64,000 nt of DNA, from assembly GCF_036321535.1 (NCBI RefSeq), contig NC_087436.1:76386001-76450000 (forward strand), read 5' to 3'. The notes under the pieces are model-generated. The model was not told the DNA's origin and ran no database searches. It saw only the letters and a program-made list of their open reading frames with translations. The position numbers were made by a program, and so were the translations under genes. This document shows, one piece after another, positions 26,671-40,751 of this stretch (the stretch's first letter is position 1; each line of letters starts with the position of its first letter). This stretch comes from Camelus dromedarius. Its lineage: Eukaryota.

Positions 26671-29269
26671 TTCATGTGACGTATTGTCAGAGTTGCAGTT
26701 TAAATGTCTTTTATAAAAATCCCATAACTAAACATACATGCTAGAATTCAAGCTGAGGTTTCCTGAGTACAAGACTTCTTTGTAAACTATAAATGTGTAA
26801 AAAGTAAGGCACTGGTACCCGTGTTAATTAAATGATATTTTGCTTAATATTCTTTATGTGTTGATGGCCTTATGCAGCTCAGTCTTTTAAGTCAGCTATT
26901 GTAGATAGCACAAAGAGAAAAGTGTGTCTCTACGTACTAGAAAACCAGATAAAATTTGTTACAGTGTGGTTATTTCCTCCTGAATAATCCAATAGCATCA
27001 TTTAAAGAGAAAAGCCAAGTGTCGGAGATTTGTAACAACTTTTTTCTCAACTTTGAATAAATTTGAACATAAAAAATTAAAAAGCTATATAATATCTATT
27101 TAAATCAAGAGCATTTTTCACTAAAACGAAGTCTGAAGCCTAAAGTCCTCTCACACGATAATATTATACCAGTTCTTTGAAAATAGAGGTCTTCCCTATT
27201 AGAAAACACATAAGCATTACATTTGGAAAATACAGAAATATAGAAGAAGAAAAAAGTTAATAAGCCATAACCATGTCACTAGGAGACAATCACTATAATG
27301 ACTGAGCATATCATCTGCCAAATATTTTTCCCTGTAAACATAGTTTTGTTTTTTATAGCTGTAATAATATTGTACCATGTTACATTGTGCTTTTGGACTT
27401 CACATTATATTATAAGCACTTTCCTTATTATTACAAATAGTACTTCATTCATCATTGATTAATATCCAGTTAAGTAGATATGCCCAAGTTTTATTTTTTC
27501 CCTCAATTTCTCTGAGTTTGGGAAGTATTGTACAAATTCCAGCCCTTCATTAATCACACTGTAGAGAATGCACAGCAAAACAGATGAAAATGTGGCCCTC
27601 TCTGTTCACCTTAGCTCATGTAAACCTCTTCAGTCTCTAAAGAACCAAAAAGAGTGTCCCCTCGATAAAGGACAGGGCCTCAGTTTCTGAGCAGCTACCC
27701 CTGCTTCCTATTATTTGAAAAACAACAGATTTTTTTTAGACTGGTTCCTACATACAAGCACTCTGAAAACTCTGAAATTGAACCACAGCTGTCACTCCAG
27801 TGTGAGTAAGACCAAATCTAATTTGTTGGGTGGAAAGAGTTAAATGAACTTTAACTGAAAAGCTCTCTTTCTCTTCCTCTCAGGGTAGAAAATAGCCAAG
27901 GGCAACAGCGGATGACTAATGTGTAGAATATTGCAATTAGTATAGCAAGGTACTTACAGGGATCAAATTAAAAAATTCATTAACGTACGCACTTAATTAA
28001 GAAACACTTTTCAGTTTACATGATAAATTATGACACCTATTAAATCTTCCAGTACAAGCTGTAATGGCTTCTTTGCTCCCGGGTAGAGAACTCTCGCCTT
28101 TGAGGTCCTTTGAAACTCCCCAAGGACCGGCGGCATTAGTTACCAGTGTATTAAAAACAATGCTTTTCTCCTGCAAGGTGCAGGAGCATCTTTATTGGAA
28201 ACTAATTTAAACTTAAAAAAGCATCAGGGAGCAAGAGGCTATCATGCTGCAAGCCAATGAAAACAAACATTAAATGACCTTGAAAAGGAAGCAGCCTTTG
28301 CCCCTCAACATTCCCGGAAGGGAAGTGGCAGGGATGGTGCCTGTTTTTTGTTTGCTCTTGAATCCTTTGTTTTGTCCCCGTCCCTCTCCTTCTCCCTTTA
28401 AGAATATACCAGTGGAGAAAGGACATATTGGAAATAAATTATGTATTAGTAAGTCATTAGTAAATATGCTTTTTTGTTTTCATTCAATGGAAAGAACTGG
28501 GAAGGAAAGAGGAAAGGAAGAAAGGAAAGGAGGATGGGAGGGATAAGAGTAAAAGTCAAATATATGGTTTTTGTGAGGTATCTGAACTGCTCTCATTTGT
28601 AGGAAGGAGGACTCCAGGGAAGAAGTGATAGAGCAGAAGTCATAAGAATCTGGGGCAAAGGAGGCAGAATTGACAGAGCAGTGGCTTTCCTAGCTCATTT
28701 CTTCCTGAGCCTGTCCCCACTGGAAGTTACGTTTTGGGGTCATAGCTGCAATTCCATAAAGCAACTCCAACTTCTGACTTATAACATGTGGATCGTGCTG
28801 TCTTTGTGTCTTCTCTCTCAGCACTGTTTATCACTCTTCCTTTAACTTTTTGTCCCCATGCCTGTTATAGAAGCAACATGAAAACCACCTTGAACAACAT
28901 TTTGAAAAAAAAATTAAAATTAAACTCTAGCACAATTATTTTCATTTATATGTCTTAACAGAAGCCACCTCAGCCTGCATTATCGCAATCTGCAATTATC
29001 AAGTGCAATAGCAAGAATTTTAACAGATGAATGAAGCAGGAGACAGGAAGTGCATGGGAGGAGGTATAGCTTGAAATGGTCCCCCACGATTCTGACACTT
29101 CTCTTTCAGTTGAGAACAGTGTGTGACAGATGAATGGCTTTCAGACTTTTGTAAACTGCAACCCAGAGTAAAAACAAACCAATAAACAAAAATTGACATT
29201 GACGCATGTACATACCTAAGTGCATATTGCTGTGTTCTGAATAAGAGACAAGTGTGTGTCTGCAAACCA

Positions 29270-31772
29270 AGAGACAGGAATCAGCTCCCTGGCATGGCCC
29301 TTAGTTTATAACTGTGGCAGAAGCCACAACAGTCTTACTCCAAGACTGTGGGAACAGTCTTAGGATTGCCCTTGCCAGAATGCAAGGCCAGTGTTCAAAC
29401 TGAGGAACTGAGCCTGGTACAGTCTGTTTCCTGAGCCACTCAGATCCGCTTTTCCTCTGATGATACTTGAGTCTTGCTTGGGATCAGGATGACCTCCCTT
29501 TTTCCATGATTGAGTCCAGTCCTTCAGGTCCAGCTCCTGGTGTGTAATCCAGACCTTCAAGAAGGTAGTCATTTCTTGACTCCTCAAAATATTTTAAGAA
29601 GGATTAGCAAACCAAGTTATTATTTCCACTTCTGCTTCTGACTCTGAATACGTAATTGGTATTATTACCTTCCTCTTCAAGTGCCCATCTAAGGTTTTCT
29701 TATCCCAGGCCAGCACTTCAGTGCTTGCCTCAGGGAGTAAATCCAAATTTGTATTCTCAGTTCTGACCTTTTGGTTGTATTACCCTTGCCTGGCTATGAC
29801 TACTATAGTTACTCATTTTCTGTTAATCACTGGGCAATGAAACAGCAAGACGTTTGGAAACCACTTAGATTTTGGTCATAATCCTCCTTGTCTCCATTGT
29901 GAGGCAGCAATCCTAGCTTATTGTGATAACCAGTGTAGATTATCCCTACCAGTACAGTAATTCCTTCCTTTGTCTGACAGTCTACTACCAGCATATGGAG
30001 CTCAGAAGGCCCAAAATAACTTGAAGCTTCCATTTCTGTGGAACCCTTCCTGTGACTCTTAGCAGAGGAATATTCCCAGGAACCCAAATCTCTAAGCAGA
30101 CGGTACCTAAGCTTTGGGGGCAAGAAACACAAGTACTGCAAGTGGGACAATGGGAGTAATAATGACATGGGACCAATCCTACTTCAATCTCTTTGTTCTT
30201 ATACTCATATATTTTAGTGTCTAGTATATATTGGTCATTACAAGAGTGCATAAACCAAATCCTGCAGGACAGCACCCTAACTGGCAGCATGTTGCCCCTG
30301 GACCGATACCTTAATTGAGCCTTTAATAGGCTATTTCACCATTATATGATACTGGCATCTTCTAGATGGCGGTCAGTGGATACCATGATCTCATATCCCT
30401 TAGCTCATTAATTCCTTGGTCCAAGGGATCATTATGTGAGATATGATGTTGATTGATCCGATGTTTTATAGGCCTTCAGATGGCAGTTATGGATGAAGTA
30501 CTGTGGACAGAAAAGGCAAACTCATGTCTGAGTATTTCCTGATTCCAGTGAAGACAAATTATTACCCCTTACCAGGTGAAAGAGGTCTTTATAGAATTGA
30601 CCTGACAAGTGGTTGGCTTGTGTCCCCAAGAAATGGTCCCATATAAGACTTAGCAGTCGTCTCCATGATGGGAGGTTGGGTTTTCAGAAATAACTGAATC
30701 AACTTCATATACTTCTAGCCAGTTCTTCCTCCATATAAAATGAACAAATGCACTACTCAGAACTCTGGTGAATGGGAGAACGGGAGAATTTCCTTTTACC
30801 TTGGACTTTGGACCACCTCTGTGTGGGGTTTTAATGAAACGGTGGTCCATTTTGAGCTAGTGCAAATATCTGATGCCTAATTGTGAACCAGGCTCTTCTC
30901 TGTCACAGAAACATTTAATAAAAACACAGATATCATTTGAGGAAGAGGTGCTGGAACAACAGAGGTGGGAGAATGGGCGACCTATTGCACTTCACCTAAT
31001 TATGAATTGCTTATGCTACCTGGATGTGCCTAGGGTCAGTCCTGAATGTATCAGTCCTATTATATCATGGATTTCTGCTGTGACTGGGTGCATCTGATAA
31101 TACCCAGTCATAATGGGCAGCTACATTTTTCACAGTCTTTGGTATCCCATTTTCAGGTGCTCACGTTCTATTTAAACCCATCAATAAGCCAGAAACTCTT
31201 TGTGAAAAGGAGAATTCTCTGCCATGGGAGGCATGGCCTTGCTCTAGAACTCTTTATGTCTGTGCTGCAGTGTTCCTGTTGGGGCTTGCCAGAGATTTCA
31301 GCTTACTTCCTATTCATCATGGATTCCTCTAGCATGGTAGATATGCTAGATCACGTGGTCTGAAAAACAGGGCAGCTTGCAATAAAGCTTGCACAAAATA
31401 AAAAGCCCTCTTTGCTCTTGACCCTGTTTGAAACTGGCAGCCTTTCAAGTTATCCAATAAATGGATTGGGTCAGTTTTCCCATGTGTAGTTTATGCCAAC
31501 ATTAAAAGTCAAAGGAACCCACTGAGCACTGTCTTTGCTAGTGTTATCATGATAAAGAATTTAGATATTAGAGAGTCCGCTTCTATGGTATCATCCCCGT
31601 CAACTCCAGTCTGAAGGAGACAAGCCACCATAGATGCCCTCAGGCTTTCCCAAGGTGCCTTACTGATGGTTAACTGTTCTGTAGTTTTTTTTTTTTAACA
31701 AGGCATTTGATGTCATCAAATGCAGTAGTCCCAAAACACATTCCTTATAATCATTATTTCCCCCAAACTGCC
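29270..31772 (-). mobile_element. ERVL (HERV16/ERV3-16-like) internal relic with pol and dUTPase-like remnants
   Basis: ORF 29827..30168 contains KEGITVLVGII...KLGLLPHNGDKEDY, similar to the ERVL dUTPase-like region. Abuts an LTR16-like LTR in the same orientation. Confidence 0.75.
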
Positions 31773-32202
31773 TGTCTTAGTTTCAATTTTCCCAGAAACA
31801 AACCCTGAAACCCACATTGAGTGCTGGGATCCTGCTGAGAAAGTACATGTTATACCTGTAGGAAAGCAAATGTGTAAAACATAAAGGATGCATTCTTAAG
31901 TCAACTAACACAGTAGGCATTTGGGGCTTAATCCCACAGTCAGCCTTTGGAAGACTACAAAACCCAAGCCTCAAAGTTAGTTCACTCATGGACAAGGGGG
32001 CTGAGGTGGCTACATAGCAACTCCCAAGAGTCTTTAGTTGAAGGTTGCTGGTGGGAGTGTTAATTCCTTGACACTTCCAATCTGCTGTGCACATGGGTAT
32101 CAAGGCTTCCTATCATTCTAGGAAAAAAGCACTTAAAATCACAGATGCAGATACTGTCTCTTAGAAGACAGCAGAGCATCCTCAGACAGAAAATCTGCCA
32201 CA
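31773..32202 (-). mobile_element. LTR16-like LTR (5' LTR of the ERVL relic)
   Basis: tgtcttagtttcaattttcccagaaacaaaccctgaaaccc...ccaca. Confidence 0.75.
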
Positions 32203-32311
32203 CCTATGAAGTACAAGTCTGGTAGTCACTGCATATCTCGTAAACTCATCTCATCCCATTTAAACACAAGTTAATGTCAAGGGTTATCAATAGGGCCACT
32301 CTTGTTCTTCA

Positions 32312-32800
32312 CTGTCTGGGTTTCCTATTAAATAGGACCTGAGTCAAAAGCTCTATGCTAACACTTTGTTGGTCAGTACACTCTCACATAAACAGGTGTG
32401 AGTGAAAATGGACATGAAGTAGGAAGGGGAAAGAACAGATAGAAGTGTGTTGCCAAGATGATCATAACTTCATAAAAGCTGACTGCTTAGTCTTAGAGGA
32501 CTTCTAGGAGGTTTATCAAAGCCCTGCATCCACATATTCAATGGAAGAAAGGGAGGAAAATTTGTCCACCTGTTTTTATTCCCAATTGATTAGTTTGCTC
32601 TACTGGATGCTAAATTCCTATCTTTTGTATTTGCACTGAATGAAATCACAGTGGGTCCTGCAACCTGTCAAGACTTAGTGTCAATAGAGGAACTCAAGAA
32701 TGAGAGCCAAGTGTCAGGGGTTTGAAGCAATGAACTGTGGAACAGTGCCCGTGAGCTTCAATATCATCTGCAAGATTAGCCCCACATATCTAAGGAACTT
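32312..32800 (-). mobile_element. Second LTR16-family-like LTR
   Basis: tgtctgggtttcctattaaataggacctgagtcaaaagc. Confidence 0.5.
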
Positions 32801-34499
32801 TACTCTGGTGTCTTTTCATCATCCACTTCATTTGCACTTGTTTCCATGCTTTTTTTTATGTGTAAAACTTCTTAGTAGGTAAATTCCTAAACTACCCCTA
32901 TTTGTCCCCAGCCCACAGTAGCTAATAATAATGGTTAGCATGTATTAGGATTATTATTAGGATTAAGATTATTATTTAGTACTCACAACACATGTAAGTT
33001 TAGAACTGTTAAGTGACTTTCCCCAAATTCTTAAGTTGCTAACTAGTGGAGCTGAGTTTTGTCTTCAGGTAGCCTGACCCCAGAGTAGAATTCTAAACTT
33101 CTTTCCAAGGTTACTTATTTAGCATAATTACTAAAGGATCATTTCAGAAATTGGTGAACCTTATAGAGAAGAAGGGAAAAATGAAGGAAAGATGGAGAAA
33201 TGGTCTCATTTGGGAGCTACCTTAATGTTATCAATTGTGCAATTCTAGAAATAAAAAAAAGCAATATGGTCATTTTTTATTTTTTAATGAAATATTTTAA
33301 AATTAACATTTAAAAATGGTTGCACCATAATCCCCTCCATTTACTTTACAGGACTAGAATAATGTTATTTTTTGAATAGCACTATTGCTTGCACAGACTA
33401 TACAGAAAGGATATGTGTGTGTGATTTGCTCATTTGTTACTAGATTTTATGGACTTTGTTTTGCTACAGAGTGGAAATTCCAAGTAAAATTATTTAATTT
33501 CGAAGTCAGATTGTTTCATGGAGTCTGTTTCTTCCAATGGTCTTTGGTGTTTCAAAATATGAAAGAAATAGGTTTTAAAGGATCTTGAAACTTTTAAAAT
33601 AAATCATTGAATAGAAATGTCAGCATGAGGCTATTTTTTTGTCAGGTGATGAGGTATTCAGTAATAGATCATCCATATTAGTGATTTTCTTTGCAGATTG
33701 TTTTGTGTGAAATAAGATCCCCTATGAACGCTCCAAAACAGCCTGTAATAGCTGCTAATCACCCAAGTGTCAGAGCTTATAGCTTCAATATATCTTGCTC
33801 AGACTACATCAGAAGACAGTAACAATTTCAAGAAACAGTGCTTAAAACTGCCATCAAATGAATTCTCAGTCCCATTTCACCTAACTGTACATCTCTATTT
33901 ATGAGAGAGGAGGGCAGTTGTCCTTAGTCATGAGGAAATTCTCATTGAAATCTGACTTTCAACTTTTTCTAAAATAAAAAAAAAGAAAGAGTCTTCATTG
34001 GGAAAGCATCATTCCAGTGAGACAGTGTGATCTCTGGGCAGAATGCTGCAAGGTCTCCTCTCAGCTGTAGCAGGCATACTGTGTCGCCTTGGGCAGGGGG
34101 TTTTCTGAGCCTAAGCCACCTCTTCTTCCCTGGTTAGCAAAGTGAGTGTTTTCTGCCCCAGCCTGTCAGTTACTGCTTCTGTCTCGACTGCCTCTGTGGT
34201 CACTGGCTCCTTCTCACTCTAGCTTGGTCGTCTGCTTACATTGGTGATTCAGGTTAGCTACCTTTCTCATATGAAGACTCTTGAACTGAACTTCCAGTGT
34301 TTTTCTTACCAGTGCTTTGATCCTGGTGCTTGCTTTGTCCTGCTCTAATATACTTCTGTCTGTGATTTTCCTCATTATCCTGCCACGTGAGATTAAGAGC
34401 CTTTTGATTATTGTGTGTCTGCCTTACTTTATGAGCTTCTAATTTCTCTCAGCGTTAACTCTTGTATGTCTTTGGACTGACCTGCCCATTTTTTGGAAA

Positions 34500-34778
34500 T
34501 TATTTTATTTTGTTTTTTATTGAAGTATAGTTGATTTACAGTACTTTGTTAGTTTCAGGTGTATTGCAAAGTAATTCCGTTACATATCTGTAACTCCTGA
34601 TTCAGTTATACATATAATTATATATTATATGTATTATAATATATATTCTTTTTAATATTCTTTTCCATTACAGGTTATTACAAGATATTGAATATAGTTC
34701 CCTGTGCTATATATAGTAGGTCCTTGTTTACCTCCTTTATGTATAGTAGTATGGATCTGTTAATCCCAAACTCCTAAT
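34500..34778 (-). mobile_element. Short L1 3' end (cetartiodactyl-type)
   Basis: ttttattgaagtatagttgatttaca...ggttattacaagatattgaatatagttccctgtgctat. Confidence 0.88.
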
Positions 34779-37749
34779 AACAGGTGGCTTGATTTTGGCT
34801 CTTGTTCTTTTAAGTTGTGTGAAAGAATTAGTCCTGAATGTTCTTCCTTCTCTAATTGCCTGATAATTCTGTCTTTATATGACAGTGACTAATTCATATG
34901 TCATTGTGTATTATGGATATATTTTTATAAATTTTCATATAAGATTTTACTTTATGCCTCCTTTAGAGTATATAATATTTTGTGTATTCTGCACAGTTTT
35001 GTGTATTCTAAAAATTAATATAAAAAGTAAAAAGGCAGATATCCCTGGAGCAAGATGTGGAATGGATATAGATTTCAGTCACCATCTCAGAGTGGAATTC
35101 CTATTCCTAGGTCGTATGTTTGGGAGAAGTTTCCTTCAAACAGAAGAAAAAGATATAAAGGATTCCATGGAAATTTGAGCTGGCATCTTAATTAAATCTG
35201 GCTCCCCAAACTTTGAAACCTTGATGTAATTTGTGGAATCTAAGAAATGTATTTTTTTCCTGAAATTGCAAACAGATTTCTGTCTTGTAAGAAAGAGGTG
35301 ACTTGAATATAACTTGGGGGCACATACTCTGTGTGTGTGTGTGTGATGAGAAAATCACCTGTACAGGACATTTAGTTAAGCAAAATATAAAGTAAAGGAC
35401 ATCTTCAGATGATAAAGTATAATTATTAGAAAATATATTGAACTTTATCTTTGATTTACACAGTACATTACCAATTTCACTTTCTCTGTACAATATAAGC
35501 ACAGACTGCTTTTTGTTCTAATATTCACTTATACAACATTTATTCTTTCACATTTTTAGCATCCATTATGTGACAACCACTGTGAAATTACTGGAGATGC
35601 AATTTTCTTCTTCTGAGAAGCTTTCAGTCTAGTAGAGGAGTCTGTAACATTTCCAAAAGCTACATTTTTAGAATAACTTGCTGATAAAAGAAAATTATTT
35701 ATTCTTGTTTCTTATTAAAAATAAATTGTAGCATGTATAAATAAACCTCCCTTCTATTGATTTCTATCTAATTATAATGGATAGGGTATAAAAGTTTTCT
35801 ATATAATTGTACCCATTTAAATATCCTCTCTAGTTTTTATCCTAGAGTAACTTGGATGTGAAAGCCAGAATTATTAAATTATTTCTGGTTTCCAGTGATT
35901 GTGTTAAAATGAAATGCTTTTCACAATACCAAGGGAACACTTAGATGTTAAGGTTCTGGTAAAAACGAATCTTAAAACATGAATAGTACAAGTCAACATA
36001 CTGCTATCTAAGAATTAGAGAACTTGATGATATAGCAGGAGAAACAGACAAAATGAACCACTTCAGTCTTCCCCCATGCCCCAGATACACATTACATAAA
36101 AGCAAAATGCCGTATCATTTTTTCTCAGAACTTCCATTACAACAAAAATGAGTTGCAAATCAAAGAGTCATCAACCTCAGAGCGTAACAGTTCCCAGTGT
36201 TCATTTATCTTGAATGGGAAATTGACACACATATCCTTTTGAAGAATTATGATTTATGTCACTAGTTCGTTTTTTCCCTTCCACTACCATCACCCAAGAC
36301 TACCTTCTGTTTGAGGGCAAACCCGGTACCAAACACCTGTGTGGCAGCTATGGTCTCTGCCTTCCTTTCAGATGATGTTAGCCTGGTCCATCTGCAAGAT
36401 AAGTCTGTGTGCCAATTCTGACTATTCAGGTGGGACTCGACGCTTTAGAAATTTGTAAGAATCTAAGAGATGTTAAATAGCTTTTCTTCTACCAGCTTTT
36501 CTTGATCTAAGTGTCTTACTGTTTTATTTTCTGTCTTTTCTCTGATAGGAGTGGCCTTGCATATCAATGAGGCTTACTTGATCCAGGGCCAACCAGAACT
36601 TGTAGGATAATTAATTGGCATACTGGTTGGCAAAATCTCAGCCCAAATTTTTGTAGGTGATTTTTGGCCTAGGTAATTATCTACTTGTGAATAATTTCTG
36701 AAATTGTGGTTAGCAAATAGTAAGTGATATTTTGATTCTGAAGCAGCTTAAGAATTACTACATAAAATTAAAATGACAAGTTTAGTTTTAATTTTAAAAT
36801 ATTTTTGACCAGTCTACCTTCTGGGACATAGGAAAACTATTTTTGAGTATTTAAGATAAGTTTCCAGTATACTGTAACAATGATGCAATTTCTACTTCAG
36901 ATTTAGAAAAAGTTTTATTTCTCTCTCTCTCTCTCTTTTTTTTTTTTAAGTGATAGCATGGAAACATTTTGTGGGCTTGTTTATTTATTTAAAAATTATT
37001 TATTGAACCCGTACAATGCATAAGCAACTATATGAATGATTGGGGCTTACTCTTTGATGCATAGAATATTATCTATAAAATTACAGACAACGAAAGCATA
37101 CAAAATTAGTTTAATCAAGAAGCAACTATTAAACTCATTGAATTGAACAGTTAAATTGCATGCATTTTACTGTATGTAAATTTCATTTTACTATATATAA
37201 ATTATATCTCAATAAACCTGACTTTAAATAAAAGAACAAGCAATTGAGCACCTATAAAATGACCAACATCATGCTGGTCACTGGAGCTAGAGGGATAACT
37301 CAGATTTAGTCCCAGTTTTCAAAAGCTCACCATCAGATAAAGAATAGACTAATTCATACAAAAGGAGACCACTCAACAGTACAAAATATAACAATGGAAG
37401 CATGTTAAAGGAGGAGGATGTAGTATATAATGAATGCTCAACTAATCTTTGGAAGATAGACCAGAAAGACACGTATGGAGAAAAGATTTAAAAATTAAAC
37501 TTGTTGTACTATGTAAATCATCTCACTCATTCATGTCTTACTTTTGACAAACCTCTTCCAGAACATCTTCCTTGAATCCTTTATCTGGGCTAATGGCCCT
37601 TCTCACAGAATTCTGGGCATGGTGCTGCCATGGAATTTTTGATTTTATAATACTCTATTAGATGACTAATTCTTCTAAGACAAAGTTCCATGCTTGGCCT
37701 AAGGAAATTGATCTGTACACATTTACTTACCTGAACTAAACTGAATAGA

Positions 37750-39449
37750 AATGATAGCAGAGATGGATGGTTAAGGAGCTTTTCATTTGGGTATGGGGGG
37801 AATGGAACTTAGAGTGGAGAGAACTTTTGGTCCTGAAATGACAAACTGTGTTCAGGCAACCATAAATAATTTGATGGTGTCAAGGGCATGGGGACAGGAG
37901 TAGACGGAAGAAGATAATTAGAAGAAACAAAACTGGAGAGTATACAAGGAGGATCTTTCTTTTCAGAAAACTATTTTTTTACCTGTAGGTGCTAGGAGTC
38001 ATTGAATAATTTTAGGCAGTGCTGTAACACGATCAGATTTGTCTTTTAGATAATTCATTCTCTGGTAGAATAACATTAGGAGGCTAATTATGGAAGCAGA
38101 AATTTGGTCAGGATGTATTGAAAAAATTCAGGCAAGAGGTTATGTGGACCATAATTAGGACAGAGGCAATAAGAATGACAGACAAAGTTTGCATCTAAGA
38201 GAGAACTGCCAAGTTTTTGATGACTAGTCAGTAATGGTTCTTAAAGAAGAGAGGCTTTCAGGTGACAATAATGCATAACATTTTGCACATGTTGAGTGTG
38301 TAGCTGAGATGTCTAGTAGGCAATTAGATACATCAGTTTTGTATTAAAAATGAAAATGTTAGTTCAAATAGTAGGAGTTTGAGATCCTAAGTACAGAAGA
38401 CATAGAGTAAGAGAAGAAGAGAGCAGAAGACAAACTCTTAATTAAACCTCAGCTCAATTGATTGTGTATACAGAAGGGACTTTAGTGGAGAAAGTTCAGG
38501 ATATTTGGAGATGCAGAAAGAGAAGCATAAAGAATTGACAATGAAAAATCAGCTTAAAACAACCCAATTATTTTCTCACAGTTTTTGTGACTCAGGAATA
38601 TGAACTTTGCTTATCTGGATCTTCTTTGTGGGGTCTTGCAAGGTTGCTGTCAAACTGTCAGCCAGAACTGGGTTTCATATGAAAGCTCAACTGGGGAAGA
38701 TTTCACTTCTAAGCTCACATGGTTGTTGGCAGGATTTAGTTTCTCATGGGTTGTTGGAATGAGGATCTCAGTTCCTTTTTGACTGTTAGCCAGAAGCCAC
38801 TCTCAGTTCCTTGCCACATGGGCCTCTTTAACTTTGCTGCTTATTTCATCAAATCATGGAAGCCAGAAAAGCAATAGAGAGAGTTTGCTAGCAAGACAGA
38901 AGGCACAGTCTTTTGAAACCTAATTATAAAAGTGACATCCTATCACCTTTGCAGCATTCTGTTGGGTAGAAGAATGTCATTCTTAGAGGAAGGGCATGAA
39001 TACCAGAAGGGCATGAATACACAAGGGCATAAATACCAGAAAGTGGGGATCATTGGGGGTGGGGCATCTTACAAGTCTGTTTACCACAGTTGATGACCTT
39101 TTCCAGGAAAGTGTTTAGAAGAGTTTCAGTGGAATAGTAGGAGCAGAAACTGGTTCCCAGTGGTTGAGAAACAGATGTCAAATAAGCAAGTGGAGTTTTC
39201 TGTAGACAACTACCTTAAGAATCCTAACTGAGAAAGGAAGGGGAAAGTTGGGAGCCTGGAAAAAGGAAAGGCTTTCTAAGGATGGGAGAGAACTGAGCAG
39301 GTCTACAAGATGAGGGGAAGGAACCACTGGGAAGAGACGGAGAAGAAAGAGAGAAGAGGAGGGGATAACTGATAGAGCACATTACTTGAGAGAGTATATA
39401 GGATGTGACTCACAGCTCAGAAAAGGAGAAGGGTTAGCAATAAACAGTA
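37750..39449 (-). mobile_element. L2 (left part of the element hosting the retrocopy), interrupted by MLT1
   Basis: gatcagatttgtcttttagataattcattctctgg, ttttgcacatgttgagtgtg, gagtttcagtggaatagtaggagcagaaac. Confidence 0.7.
38545..39089 (-). mobile_element. MLT1 (F/G-like) MaLR LTR
   Basis: gcttaaaacaacccaattattttctcacagttt...aagctcacatggttgttggcaggatttagtttctc...gtctgtttaccaca. Confidence 0.85.
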
Positions 39450-39549
39450 AAGGAACATCTTTTCTTTCTTTCTTTTTAAAATGTAAGCATTATTTTATTT
39501 TTATAACTTGTCATTTCTATAATTTAAAATTTATTTAAGCCTTTAAACA

Positions 39550-40751
39550 TTTTTAAATTGAAATAATTATGGATACATAGTAAATTGCAAAAAAAAAAAT
39601 TGTGCAGAGAGATTCTGTGGATCCTTCACCCAGTTTCCCCCAATTATACCATCCTATATAACTAGAATATAATATATCAAAACCAGGAAACTGACATTGA
39701 TACAATCAGAGATTACTCAGATTTTGCCAGTTTTGCACTGCAATCATTTGTGAGTATGTGCATGTATGTGTGAGTGTGTGTAGTTCTATACAATGTTGTC
39801 ACATGTGAAGATTCAGGTAACTGCAACCACAAACAAGATACATCACTGTCCCACTACAAGACTTCCACCTGCTGTCCATTAGACCTACCCACCCACCCCA
39901 ACCCCCAACTCTTGGCAACCAGTAATCTATTCTCCATGTCTATAGTTTTGTTATTCCAAGAGGGTTATACAATGGAATCATGTAATATCTAACTTTTTGA
40001 GATTAACTTTTTTTCATTTAGCCTAATTGCTTTGAGATTCTTTGAAACTGTATCAATAGTTCTTTCCTTTTTATTGCTAAATAGTATTCCACAGTATGGA
40101 TGTGGACCAATTTTTTTAACCATCAACTTTTTGAAGGACATCTAAGTTTTCCCCAATTTTTGGCTATTCTAAATAGATCAGCTATGAACATTTATGTACA
40201 GGTTTTTGTGTGAACATAGGTTTTCATTTCTCTGGAATAAATACCCAAGAGTGCTATTGCTAGGGTTCCATGGCAAGTTTAGTTTAGTTTTGCTTTTGCT
40301 TTTTTTTAAAACAAATTTTAAAGCTGTCCTCCAGACTGGGTCTACCATTTTACATTTCCACAAGCAATGTATAAGTAATCTAGGTTTTTCAAATCTTCAC
40401 CAGAATTTGGTGTTGTCATTATTTTTTATATTAGTTTTTTCTTATAGATGTCCAGTGATATTTCATCATAGTTTTAATTTCATGTTGCTAAAAGCTAATG
40501 AAGCTGAGCATCTTTTCATGTGTTTATTTGTCATCAGAACATCCTGTTGAAATGTCAAATCTTTTACCAATTTTCTGACTGAATTTTTTTTAATTTTTGT
40601 TTTTTCTTTTTTATTCTTGAGTTTTGAGGGTTCTTTATATATTCTAAATGTAATATATTTGCTGGATATGTGGCTTACAGTCTCTCCAAGTCTGTAGCTT
40701 GTCTTTTCATCCACTTTGTAGGGTCTTTCACAGAACAAATGATTTTAATTT
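39550..40751 (-). mobile_element. Old L1 (L1MB7/8-like) ORF2 end and 3' UTR, carried inside the retrocopy
   Basis: Diagnostic 3' UTR ccttcacccagtttccccc...atatcaaaaccaggaaactgacattgatac. ORF track remnants TNKHMKRCSASL and WKCKMVDPVWRT. Confidence 0.85.
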
